Assembly: GCA_051884775.1 (NCBI GenBank)
Contig: JBJEVY010000070.1
Location: 2,033 to 66,032, forward strand
DNA length: 64,000 bases
Source: Candidatus Spyradenecus sp.
GTDB taxonomy: Bacteria; Verrucomicrobiota; Kiritimatiellia; RFP12; DVOR01
Direction: 5' to 3'
Position 1 is the stretch's first letter, and every line of letters starts with the position of its first letter. Made by a program: the position numbers and the translations under genes. Under the pieces are notes generated by a model. That model was not told the origin of the DNA, searched no databases, and saw nothing but the letters and a program-made list of their open reading frames with translations. Of the stretch, positions 17,310-26,100 are shown one piece after another.

Positions 17310-19633
17310 CAGAGGCCCCTGACGCAGACCGTCGCAGTACGCGCCCTGTCGACTGTCGACTGTCGACTGTCGACTCCGCCTCCTCTATCATCTTCCCTTA
17401 CGCGCTTGTTGCCCTCGAGCGCGTGCCCAACCAGCTCTTCACCTACGCCATTCCCGAGGGGATGGAAGTGGCCGTCGGTCACAAGGTCATCGTCCCCTGG
17501 CAGCGCGTCTACCACGCCGGCTACGTGGTGGCCCTCACCGACACCCCGGGCTTCACCCCCAAGGCCCCCCAGCCCGCCGCGCAGCAGGGTGACCTCTTTG
17601 GCGAGGCGCCCACCCCGCGCGGCATCCGCCCCATCAGCGAGGTGGCCGATCCCCTCCCCTACTTCTCCGAGGGCACCATCCGCCTGCTCAAGTGGATGGC
17701 CGACTACTACGACGTGGGCTTCACCCTCGCCCTGCGCAGCGCCCTCCCCGCCCCGGTCCGCGAACACGGCTCGCACGCACGCGAGTTGCTGATGGTCGCG
17801 CCCATCCTCCCCCCGCCCCCCCACCTGCCGCCCCTCTCCAAGCGCCAAAAGGCCCTCTACGAGGACATTGTCCGCGTTGACGGCGGGCGCCTGACCCAGC
17901 TCTGCACCGAGTTCCGCACCACCCCCGCCACCGTGCGCAAGATTGCCGAGCTCGGCTACCTCCGCTGCGAGCGCGAGGTCATTGCGCGTAGCCCCCTTGC
18001 CGGCCGCCGCTTGCTCCCCACCCGGCCAATGCCCCTCACCCCCGCGCAGGGCGCCGCCCTCCAAGCTATCCTCGCGGCCACCAAGCCCGTCCTCCTCTTC
18101 GGCGTCACCGGCTCGGGCAAGACCGAGGTCTACATGCAGGCCATCGCCGCCGTCCTTGCCGAGGGCCGATCGGCCATCGTCCTCGTGCCAGAAATCTCCC
18201 TCACCCCCCAGACGGTCAACCGCTTCGCCGCCCGTTTCGGCAAGGGCGTCGCCGTCCTCCACAGCGCCCTCAGCGATGGCGAGCGCCACGACGAGTGGCA
18301 CCGCATCCGCCGCGGCGAGGCGCAGGTGGTCGTCGGCCCGCGCTCGGCCGTCTTCGCCCCGGTCCGCAAACTCGGGCTGATGATTGTCGATGAAGAGCAC
18401 GATAGCGGCTACAAGCAGGACGAAAGCCCCCGCTACAGCGCCCGCGATGTGGCCGTGATGCGCGCGGTCATCGAGGGCGCCCGCTGCGTCCTCGGCTCGG
18501 CCACCCCCTCCCTCGAGAGCTGGCACAACGCCACCGAGGCCGGCAAGTACACCCTCGTGCGAATGCCCGAGCGCGTCGGCGGCAGCACCCTCCCCACCGT
18601 CTACACCATCGATATGTGCCAAGCCGGCAAGCCCGGTCAAGGCACCCCTATCTTCAGCGAACCGCTCATCGAGGCCATCCGCACCCGCCTCGCCCGCGGC
18701 GAGCAGACCATCCTCTTCCTCAACCGCCGCGGCTACGCCCCCACCTTCCAGTGCCAAGCCTGCGGCGAAATGCTCCGCTGCCCCCACTGCTCGGCCAAGC
18801 TCACCTACCACGCCAAGGATGACACCCTCCGCTGCCACCTCTGCGGCTTCTGGCGTCGCCCCCCCGCCGCCTGCCCCGCCTGCCACGCCCCCGGCTTCAA
18901 GCAGCTCGGCTTCGGCACCCAACGCGTCGAGGCCGCCCTCCACGCCATCCTCCCCGCCGCCCGCATCATCCGCATGGATGCCGACTCCACCTCCCGCCGT
19001 CATAGCCACGACGAACTCCTCTCCGCCTTCCGCGCCAAAGAGGCCGACATCCTTCTCGGCACCCAGATGATCGCCAAGGGCCTCGACTTCCCCAATGTCA
19101 CCCTCGTCGGCATCCTCGCCGCCGATCGCTCCCTCTCCATCGCCTACGACTTCCGCGCCGCCGAACGCACCTTCCAGCTCATCGCCCAGGTCTCCGGACG
19201 CGCCGGCCGCGGTGACCTTCCCGGCGAGGTCTACGTCCAAACCTTCCTCCCCGACCACCCTGCCATCCAAACCGCCTGCAACTGCGACTACGAGGCCTTC
19301 GCCCGCGAAGAGCTCCTCGACCGCCGCGCCCAGGAGCTCCCCCCCTACACCCGCCTCGCCTGCCTCACCTTCACCGGCCCCGACGAAGCCACCGTCGCCG
19401 CCCGCGCCCAAGCCGCCGAACGCCGCCTCAAAGCCTACCCAGGCCTCGACGTCTCCCCCGCCATCCCCTCCCCCCTCGAACGCAAAGAGGACCGCTGGCG
19501 CTGGCAACTCCTCCTCCGCGCCCCCTCCTCCCGCCTCATCGCCAAAGCCTGCGCCCACGCCTTCCCCAAAGACACCCGCCTCGACCCCACCTGCCGCCTC
19601 CTCGTCGACATCGACGCCGTCTTCCTCTCCTAA
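17306..19633 (+). CDS. priA: Primosomal protein N' (replication restart helicase)
   Basis: N-terminal 3'-binding domain aligns to E. coli PriA (ALVALERVPNQLFTYAIPEGMEV). Walker A GVTGSGKTEVYMQ, DEEHD, and Cys-rich zinc region CQACGEMLRCPHCSAKLTYH...CHLCG. Start uncertain: an in-frame (TGTCGAC)x4 repeat sits between the ATG at 17306 and the conserved N-terminus. Confidence 0.85.
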   Translation: MTEAPDADRRSTRPVDCRLSTVDSASSIIFPYALVALERVPNQLFTYAIPEGMEVAVGHKVIVPWQRVYHAGYVVALTDTPGFTPKAPQPAAQQGDLFGEAPTPRGIRPISEVADPLPYFSEGTIRLLKWMADYYDVGFTLALRSALPAPVREHGSHARELLMVAPILPPPPHLPPLSKRQKALYEDIVRVDGGRLTQLCTEFRTTPATVRKIAELGYLRCEREVIARSPLAGRRLLPTRPMPLTPAQGAALQAILAATKPVLLFGVTGSGKTEVYMQAIAAVLAEGRSAIVLVPEISLTPQTVNRFAARFGKGVAVLHSALSDGERHDEWHRIRRGEAQVVVGPRSAVFAPVRKLGLMIVDEEHDSGYKQDESPRYSARDVAVMRAVIEGARCVLGSATPSLESWHNATEAGKYTLVRMPERVGGSTLPTVYTIDMCQAGKPGQGTPIFSEPLIEAIRTRLARGEQTILFLNRRGYAPTFQCQACGEMLRCPHCSAKLTYHAKDDTLRCHLCGFWRRPPAACPACHAPGFKQLGFGTQRVEAALHAILPAARIIRMDADSTSRRHSHDELLSAFRAKEADILLGTQMIAKGLDFPNVTLVGILAADRSLSIAYDFRAAERTFQLIAQVSGRAGRGDLPGEVYVQTFLPDHPAIQTACNCDYEAFAREELLDRRAQELPPYTRLACLTFTGPDEATVAARAQAAERRLKAYPGLDVSPAIPSPLERKEDRWRWQLLLRAPSSRLIAKACAHAFPKDTRLDPTCRLLVDIDAVFLS

Positions 19634-19660
19634 CCCGCCAGAGGCCCGCCTAGCGGCGAT

Positions 19661-19775
19661 GCGGGCTGCGCCCGCGTGAGGTGCGCCTGGCGGCGCGTGA
19701 GGAGGCGGCTACGCCGCCGTGAAGTGCGGGCTGCGCCCGCGTGAAGTGGGCCGCGAGGACGCGGCCCGTCAGAAC
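19661..19775. repeat. 115-bp intergenic repeat, copy 1 (REP-like, GCGTGAGGTGCGCC units)
   Basis: Near-identical second copy at 20058-20173, differing at a few positions. Confidence 0.85.
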
Positions 19776-19942
19776 TTGCTTCCAGCGTTGCCCGTTTTGA
19801 CGGCCGCCGTCCTCGGCGGCCAGTCAGCGTCTTGCCCCCGGCGCGTATGGACGGGCTTGAACCCCGAACAGGCAAAGGGGCGAGGGGAAAGTTATCGACA
19901 GGGGCTGTCGATAAGTCCCCCCTTGGACCGGGGTCAAAGTGC

Positions 19943-19999
19943 ATCCGCCCCGGGTTGACCTCGAACCCGGGCCTACCTCGAGGTCAACCCGGGGCGGAT
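19943..19999. repeat. Perfect 22-bp-arm palindrome atccgccccgggttgacctcga / tcgaggtcaacccggggcggat; smaller hairpin ttatcgacag-ggg-ctgtcgataa at 19892-19914
   Basis: Read directly. The cccgggttgacctcgRacccgggcc core recurs at 50337-50362. Confidence 0.8.
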
Positions 20000-20057
20000 A
20001 AAAATGTAAAGCCTTCCGGGTCCAAAATGGGATTGGGGCAAAACACCACCCGGGGGT

Positions 20058-20173
20058 GCGGGCTAACGCCCGCGTGAGGTGCGCCTGGCGGCGCGTGAGG
20101 AAGCGGCTACGCCGCCGTGAAGTGCGGGCTGCGCCCGCGTGAAGTGGGCCGCGAGGACGCGGCCCGTCAGAAC
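20058..20173. repeat. 115-bp intergenic repeat, copy 2
   Basis: See copy 1. Confidence 0.85.
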
Positions 20174-20409
20174 CTGCACCGCCCGGGGGGCTTGGGGGAC
20201 CACCCCCAACGGCCCTTGCGGCAACGCGCGGCAGCGCGTTACCGCTGCGCGTGCCCGGCAGCCCCCGTGCCCCCCCCCGTTCCTGCCTTCAGCGGAGGTG
20301 CCCGCAGGGTGCCTCCGCCGGGGTGGAGCGCACCGCGCTCCCGAGGTGCAGGGCGAGCAGCCCTGCCGCGGGGGTGCGGGGGCGAGCAGCCCCCGGGCGC
20401 CATAGCGCG

Positions 20410-20430
20410 TCTTGGGCTTGTGCTATAATG
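20410..20430 (+). promoter_or_regulatory. Extended -10 promoter (TGcTATAAT) 7 nt upstream of the trmH-like ATG, suggesting a leaderless mRNA
   Basis: cttgTGcTATAATgcggcccATG read directly. The same CTTGTGCTATAMT block occurs at 1563-1577. Confidence 0.45.
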
Positions 20431-20436
20431 CGGCCC

Positions 20437-21216
20437 ATGAGCGAGATGGATTTAGAGAAGCCGTGGCGGGACACGTACAAGCGGGTCTTGGCGTTGGATG
20501 CGCATTGGGAGCAGCCGCGTTTTCGGGCGGCGCGGATTGCGGAGTTGCGTCACTTTTTGGAGACGCGGTGTGCGCAGGTGCCGCATTTGGGGCCGTTGGT
20601 GCGGTTGGTGCGCGAAGGGATGACGCGGCAAGATCTCTATGCGCTCATTGTGCCGTGCGAGCGGGAGCTCAAGCGGGTGAAGGTGACGGATGTGGAGATC
20701 CTTTCGCAAGATTTGCGGGCGGAGGAGGCGGTGGCCGAGCGGTTGCCGCTGACGGTGATTGCCGATCAGTTCCGCTCGGCGATTAATGTGGGGACGCTCT
20801 TTCGGGTCTGCGATTGCTTTGGCGTGCAGGAGGCGGTGCTCTGTGGGTATACGCCTGCGCCCGATGATGGCCGTGCCAAGCAGGCGGCGTTGGGGGCGGA
20901 GGCGTGGGTGCCGTGGAGTCGCGCGGAGCGGACGTTGGAGGCGGTGCGCGCGCAGCAGGCGAAGGGGGTGCGGGTGATTGCGTTGGAGACGGTGCCTTCG
21001 GCGGTGCCGTTGGAGGCGTGGGCGTGGCAATTTCCGTGCGCGGTGGCCTTGGGGAGCGAGCGCTTTGGGTTGGATCCGGATGTGGTGCAGGCGTGCGATG
21101 GGGTGATGCGCATCCCGATGTTTGGGCGGAAAAACTCGCTGAATGTGGTGATGGCCTTTACGTTGGTGGCCCACGCGGCGCGGTGCGCCTTTGAGCAGCA
21201 GCGCCGAGCCCCTTGA
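20437..21216 (+). CDS. SpoU/TrmH-family RNA 2'-O-ribose methyltransferase
   Basis: SPOUT-type C-terminal motifs (VIALETVPSAVPLEAWAW...ALGSERFGL...MRIPMFGRKNSLNVVMA). The upstream part of the track ORF translates a REP element and was rejected. Confidence 0.7.
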   Translation: MSEMDLEKPWRDTYKRVLALDAHWEQPRFRAARIAELRHFLETRCAQVPHLGPLVRLVREGMTRQDLYALIVPCERELKRVKVTDVEILSQDLRAEEAVAERLPLTVIADQFRSAINVGTLFRVCDCFGVQEAVLCGYTPAPDDGRAKQAALGAEAWVPWSRAERTLEAVRAQQAKGVRVIALETVPSAVPLEAWAWQFPCAVALGSERFGLDPDVVQACDGVMRIPMFGRKNSLNVVMAFTLVAHAARCAFEQQRRAP

Positions 21217-21236
21217 GGGACGATAACCTGGCAGAG

Positions 21237-21395
21237 CCGACAGCGGACAGCCGACAGCGGACAGCCGCTCCCGCGACGGGCGGACTGATGGCCTAATGGG
21301 CACATGTTTCCACGGCTCAGACGGGCCTTTCACCACAAGCGCCAGCGCGATGGCATAGCTCCTTCGCTAACGCTACGGACTTGTCCGCTGTCGGC
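21237..21395. repeat. MITE-like element, copy A: (GACAGCG/CCGACAG) heptamer run, ~100-bp core containing ACGGCTCAGACGGGC, then the inverted heptamer arm (cttgtccgctgtcggc)
   Basis: Arms are reverse complements. The homologous copy at 57629-57767 shares the GCGACGG..GGACT and ACGGCTCAGACGGGC core blocks. Confidence 0.7.
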
Positions 21396-21443
21396 TAACC
21401 TTCCCCCTGAGGCGGCATGAGGCGGCAAAGCGCAAAAAAGGCT

Positions 21444-21472
21444 TGCACCCGGGGGCGAGTTATGGCATAATG
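21444..21472 (+). promoter_or_regulatory. Promoter of the rpsP operon: TTGCAC, 17 nt, CATAAT
   Basis: Spacer ccgggggcgagttatgg is almost identical to the tRNA-Gln promoter spacer tggcggggcgagtttgg. Confidence 0.5.
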
Positions 21473-21559
21473 CGCGCTCACTTCATCCAAGTGATGTATT
21501 GGAACCGAACCGACTTGCGCGTAGGGTAGCGACACGTGCAGGTCTTGGAGAGCGAAAAG

Positions 21560-21811
21560 ATGGTAAAGATTAGATTGCGTAAGACCGGGTGCAACCGCGT
21601 GGCGACCTTCCGTGTGGTGGCCTGCGATTCGCGTAGCCCGCGTGACGGTAAGTTTCTCGAGATCCTCGGCTGGTACGATCCCCGCAAGGAGACGCTCGAG
21701 CAGAAGTGCGGCTTGAACCTCGAGCGCGTGGCCTATTGGAAGAGCCAGGGCGCCCAGGTCTCCGAGACCGTGGCTTCCCTCATCAAGCAGGTTCAGAAGG
21801 CCCAGGCCTAA
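21560..21811 (+). CDS. rpsP: 30S ribosomal protein S16
   Basis: MVKIRLRKTGCNRVATFRVVA... canonical S16. Upstream extension in the track rejected. Confidence 0.9.
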   Translation: MVKIRLRKTGCNRVATFRVVACDSRSPRDGKFLEILGWYDPRKETLEQKCGLNLERVAYWKSQGAQVSETVASLIKQVQKAQA

Positions 21812-21835
21812 CCCTGCTTCGGGAGGACGTTTGCG

Positions 21836-22516
21836 GTGCCCTTGCGCATCGATGTGGTGACGGTTTTCCCGGGGATGCTGCAAGGCTTCTTCGGGGAGAG
21901 CATTCTGCGTCGGGCCGTGGCAATGGGTGCCGCAGAGCTCCACGCCGTGGATTTGCGCGACTTTGCGCACGATCTCCGCGGCACGCTCGATGACAAGCCC
22001 TACGGTGGCGGCGCCGGGATGCTGATGAAGCCCGAGCCCCTCGTTGAGGCCGTTGAAAGCCTGCGCAGGCCCGAGACGCATGTCATCGCGATGACCCCCC
22101 AGGGCGCGCCCTTCCGCCAGGAGGCGGCGCGGCGTCTGGCCAAGGAGAAGCACTTGGTGTTTCTCTGCGGGCACTATGAGGGCATGGACGAACGAGCCCT
22201 CGAGCGCCTGGCCGATGAGCAGCTAAGCATTGGCGACTATGTGCTCACCAATGGCGCGCTGCCGGCAGCGGTGGTGGTCGATAGCGTGGTGCGCTTGCTC
22301 CCCGGCGTCTTGGGCGGCGGGGCGGAGGCCACCGAGCGGGAGTCCTTCTCCAATGGACTCTTGGAACAAGCCCAGTATACGCGCCCGCCGGTTTACCGGG
22401 GTCAGCGCGTGCCGGAGGTCCTCCTCCAAGGCGATCACGCTCGCGTTGAGCAGTGGCGCCAAAACCAGATGATCGAGCGCACGGCCCGGCATCGACCAGA
22501 TTTGATACAGCATTAA
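21836..22516 (+). CDS. trmD: tRNA (guanine37-N1)-methyltransferase, GTG start
   Basis: MPLRIDVVTVFPGM...GGGAGMLMKPEPL...LCGHYEGMDERA TrmD motifs. Confidence 0.9.
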   Translation: MPLRIDVVTVFPGMLQGFFGESILRRAVAMGAAELHAVDLRDFAHDLRGTLDDKPYGGGAGMLMKPEPLVEAVESLRRPETHVIAMTPQGAPFRQEAARRLAKEKHLVFLCGHYEGMDERALERLADEQLSIGDYVLTNGALPAAVVVDSVVRLLPGVLGGGAEATERESFSNGLLEQAQYTRPPVYRGQRVPEVLLQGDHARVEQWRQNQMIERTARHRPDLIQH

Positions 22517-22525
22517 GGAACAACC

Positions 22526-22879
22526 ATGATTGCGAAAGCCCTTGAAAAAGTGAACGCCCTGACGGCCGAAACGCACACCAAGAAGTGCCCGGAATTGGCC
22601 ATTGGCGACATCGTCCGCGTCTCCGTGCGCATTAAGGAAGGCGATAAGGAGCGCACCCAGGTCTTCGCCGGCGATGTGATCGCTCGCGATGGCTCGGGCA
22701 TCACCGAAACCTTCACCGTCCGCCGCATCTCCTTCGGCGTGGGTGTTGAGAAGGTCTTCCCCTTCGCCTCGCCCGCCATCGAGAAGATCGAGGTGACCGG
22801 CCACGCGAAGGTCCGCCGCGCGAAGCTCTACTACCTCCGCAGCCGCACCGGTAAGGCCGCTCGCCTGCGCGCTCTCTAA
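22526..22879 (+). CDS. rplS: 50S ribosomal protein L19
   Basis: Canonical L19 sequence. Completes an rpsP-trmD-rplS operon with no rimM between rpsP and trmD. Confidence 0.9.
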   Translation: MIAKALEKVNALTAETHTKKCPELAIGDIVRVSVRIKEGDKERTQVFAGDVIARDGSGITETFTVRRISFGVGVEKVFPFASPAIEKIEVTGHAKVRRAKLYYLRSRTGKAARLRAL

Positions 22880-23185
22880 GCCGCAAGCGCGAAGCGCTAC
22901 ACATCCACACAAACGCCGCAACTCGCCAGGCAAAGCGCCTGTGCGAGTTGTGGTGTTTGCGTGGGCGTGTGATGACGGAGGAGCGCGGACGGAGGGACGG
23001 TGCGCGTTCCGCGATGGACAGACTGGCGGTGCAAGGTGAGCGGGCGGCCTTGCTAACGCCGCTGAGGGCGGGGCTCCACCGCCTGCGCCAGGTCACTGTC
23101 ACCTGTCAGGTCATGTCAAACGCGCGCGCACGGCGCGCGGGATTGTGGTATACTGCGCGTGTTTCGTCTTTATTAAAGGAGTTCT

Positions 23186-26100
23186 ATGACCAAGCGTATG
23201 CGAGTGTTTGTGGCCGCGTTGTTAGCGGCTGGGTTGGTGTGGGCTTTGCCGCCGATGCCGGAGGTGTTGGACCGGGCGGCGGCGTTGGAGAAGGTGGCGG
23301 CGGCGAAGGCTGAGGATGCGCCCAATGCCAATGCCTTGACGATTGCCCAGGCGCACTATGTGCAGTATGAGGCCGATGGCTCGGAGACCTCGTGGTTCGA
23401 CTTCTGGTGCAAGGCGTTGACCGAGGCCGGAGCGGTGGAGCTGCGCGACCTGCCGGTGTGGTACAAGGAGGGCTTCTCGGAGGCGGAGATTCAGGTGGCG
23501 GAGGTGGTCCGCCTCGATGGCACGGTCGAGCCCATTGACATTGCCAAGAACACCAGCACCGCCACGAGCAACAGCAGCAACGCATCCAATATCTACGACG
23601 ACAAGGCCAAGCGCCTGGTCCTGACCGTGCCTCGTCTGGAGAAGGGCGAGACGCTGCATGTGGTTCTAGCCCAGCACATCTACCGCCCGCGCATTCCCGG
23701 CACCTACTCCGATGTGGAGCTCTTTGAGAGCACCGAGGCGCCGATGCCCTACGCTTCGCTGACCATCCTAGCGCCGAAGGAGCTGCCGCTCAAGGCCACG
23801 GCCCTGATTGACGAGGTGCCCGGCACCGTCACCCAGAGCAAGGAGACGCGCGCGGATGGGCGCGTGCTCTACCGTTGGGTGGCGCGCAATGTGCCCCAGA
23901 CCTTCCCCGAAGAGAATATGCCCGAAGAGAGCACCCAGCTGCAGCGCGTGCTGGTCTCCACCTTCAGCTCCTGGGAGGAGCTCTCGATGTGGTATTGGGA
24001 ACTCTGCGTGCCGCACCTGAAGACGACTCCGGCCATCGAGGCCAAGGTCAAGGAGTTGACCGAGGGCAAGAGCCGCGAGGAGCAGATTTCGGCCCTCTTC
24101 GGCTTTGTGGCCCAGGGCATCCGCTATATGGGCATCATCGCCGAGGACACCGCGCCGGGCTACGAACCGCACGACGTGAGCCTGACCTTCGACAACCGCT
24201 ATGGCGTCTGCCGCGACAAGGGTGCGCTGTTGGTGGCGATGTACCGCCTGGCCGGCTTCGAGGCCTTCCCCGTGCTCATCAATGCCGGCTCCAAGCGCGA
24301 TAAGGAGGTGGCAATCCCCTACTTCAACCACGCCATCGTGGCCATCGACCTGGGCAACCGCAACTACAACCTCGTCGACCCGACCGACGACACCGCCCGC
24401 GCCGAGATGCCCGGCTACCTGAGCGACTGCACCTTCCTGGTCTGCCGCCCCGAAGGCGACACCCTGCAGGTCACGCCCGTGCCCTCGCCCGAGGAGAACT
24501 GCCTGCGCATCGCCACCGAGGGCGAACTCGATGCCGCCGGCACCCTCACCCTCTCGGCCACGCTCGACTTTGGCGGTTTGAACGACACCGCCTACCGCCC
24601 GCTCTTCGTCAAGCACCCCATCGAGCGCATTCGCGACCGCTTTGACGGCATTCTCAAGCGCATCCTCCCCGGCGCCAAGATTGCCGAGCTCTCCTTCACC
24701 CCGGCCAACCCCAAGGACATCTCCCAGCCCCTGCAGGTCAAGCTCTCCGCCCAGGTTCCCGGCTATGCCCTGCCCGACGACGCCGGCCACACGATGGTCA
24801 CCCTGCCCTTCCTCTCGCGCGGCTTCGGGATGATTAACTTCCTCTTCGATGGCCTCGCCCAGCCCACGCGCAAGTACGACTGGGTCATCTCCGCCCCCTG
24901 CTCGGTGCGCGAGACGGTCAAGCTCCGCGGCTTTGACTCCCTCGGCCAGAGCGCCCTCCTCCCCGAAGACCCCATCTTCAAGAGCAACGGCGCCTCCTAC
25001 GACGTCACCTGCAAGCGCGATGAGCAGACCGGCGAGCTCACCCTCACCCGCGCCGTCGAACTCACCCAGAAAACCTACACCCCCGAGAATTACCAGGCCC
25101 TGCGCCGCTTCCACGAACGCGTCCGCCGCCAGGAGTCCGTGCGCCCGCTCTTCACCAAGCAGACCGGCCTGGAGGAGGACGCCATCGTCCTCAAGCGCCT
25201 GGACTTCACCACCCTGAATGCCGATGGCACCCGCACCCGCCGCCAGATCAAGGATACCCGCATCCTCACCTTCCAGGGCAAGCGCGCCAATGGCGAGGTA
25301 AAGCTCAACTATGTGCCGGCCTTCCAGAAGCTCACCCTCGCCGCCGCCGAGGTCCGCACCGCGCAGGGCGACCTGGTGTGCGTGACCGAGAAGGAGCGCA
25401 ACACGATGGACGTGGATGGTGCGGCCCTCACCCCCCGCTACCCCACCGCCAAGCAGCTGGTCATCTCCCTCCCGGCCATCGAAGTCGGCGCCACTAGCCA
25501 CCTCGATTGGGAAATCCACTCCACCGATTCGCGCCCCTTCTGCGAGACGGTCACCTTCGGCGCGGCCTACCCCACCGAGGAGCAGACCTACACCCTCACC
25601 CTCCCGACCGAGCTCGCCGGCAACCTGCGCGTGGCTGAGCGCAACTTCGGCGAGGCGAATGTCGAGCGCAGCGTGGTCACCAACGGCTCCAACGTCACCT
25701 ACAGCTGGACCCTGCGCCACCTGAGCGCCCTGCACAGCGAGGGCAACACCCCCGCCGCCGAGCTCTTCCGCCCCACCCTCCACCTGGCCTTGCGCGAAGC
25801 CGCCGCCCACCGCGTCCTCCCCGGCCTCATCGACCAGGCCCGCGCGCAGGTCAAAACCGGCTCGACCGCCGCCCGTGCCGCGGCCAAGGCCCTCGCCAAG
25901 GAGGCCGATTTGCGTGACCAGGAGGCCAAGCTCCGCGCCGTGCAGACCTTCCTCGCCCGCCGCATCCGCCCCCTCGGTCCCGCCTGGACCGCCCTTCCCT
26001 TCGGCACCCTCTCCGCCCCCGACGCGGTCCTCGCCGATGGCTATGGCAACCGCCTCGACCGTCTGCTCCTGCGCCAAGCAATGCTCGAAGCGCTCGGCGT

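Noticed and set aside
20251-20436. Upstream part of the trmH-like ORF
   Set aside because: It translates the GGAGCGC...GCGCTCC / GGGGGCGAGCAGCCCCC REP unit that recurs in non-coding contexts. An extended -10 promoter sits inside it, directly before the ATG at 20437.
21812-21835. A missed rimM between rpsP and trmD
   Set aside because: Only 24 nt separate the two genes. No RimM-like frame exists on either strand.
22880-23140. Terminator after rplS
   Set aside because: Only imperfect inverted repeats (cacaaacgccgcaactcgc / gcgagttgtggtgtttg) with no U-tract. Too weak to call.
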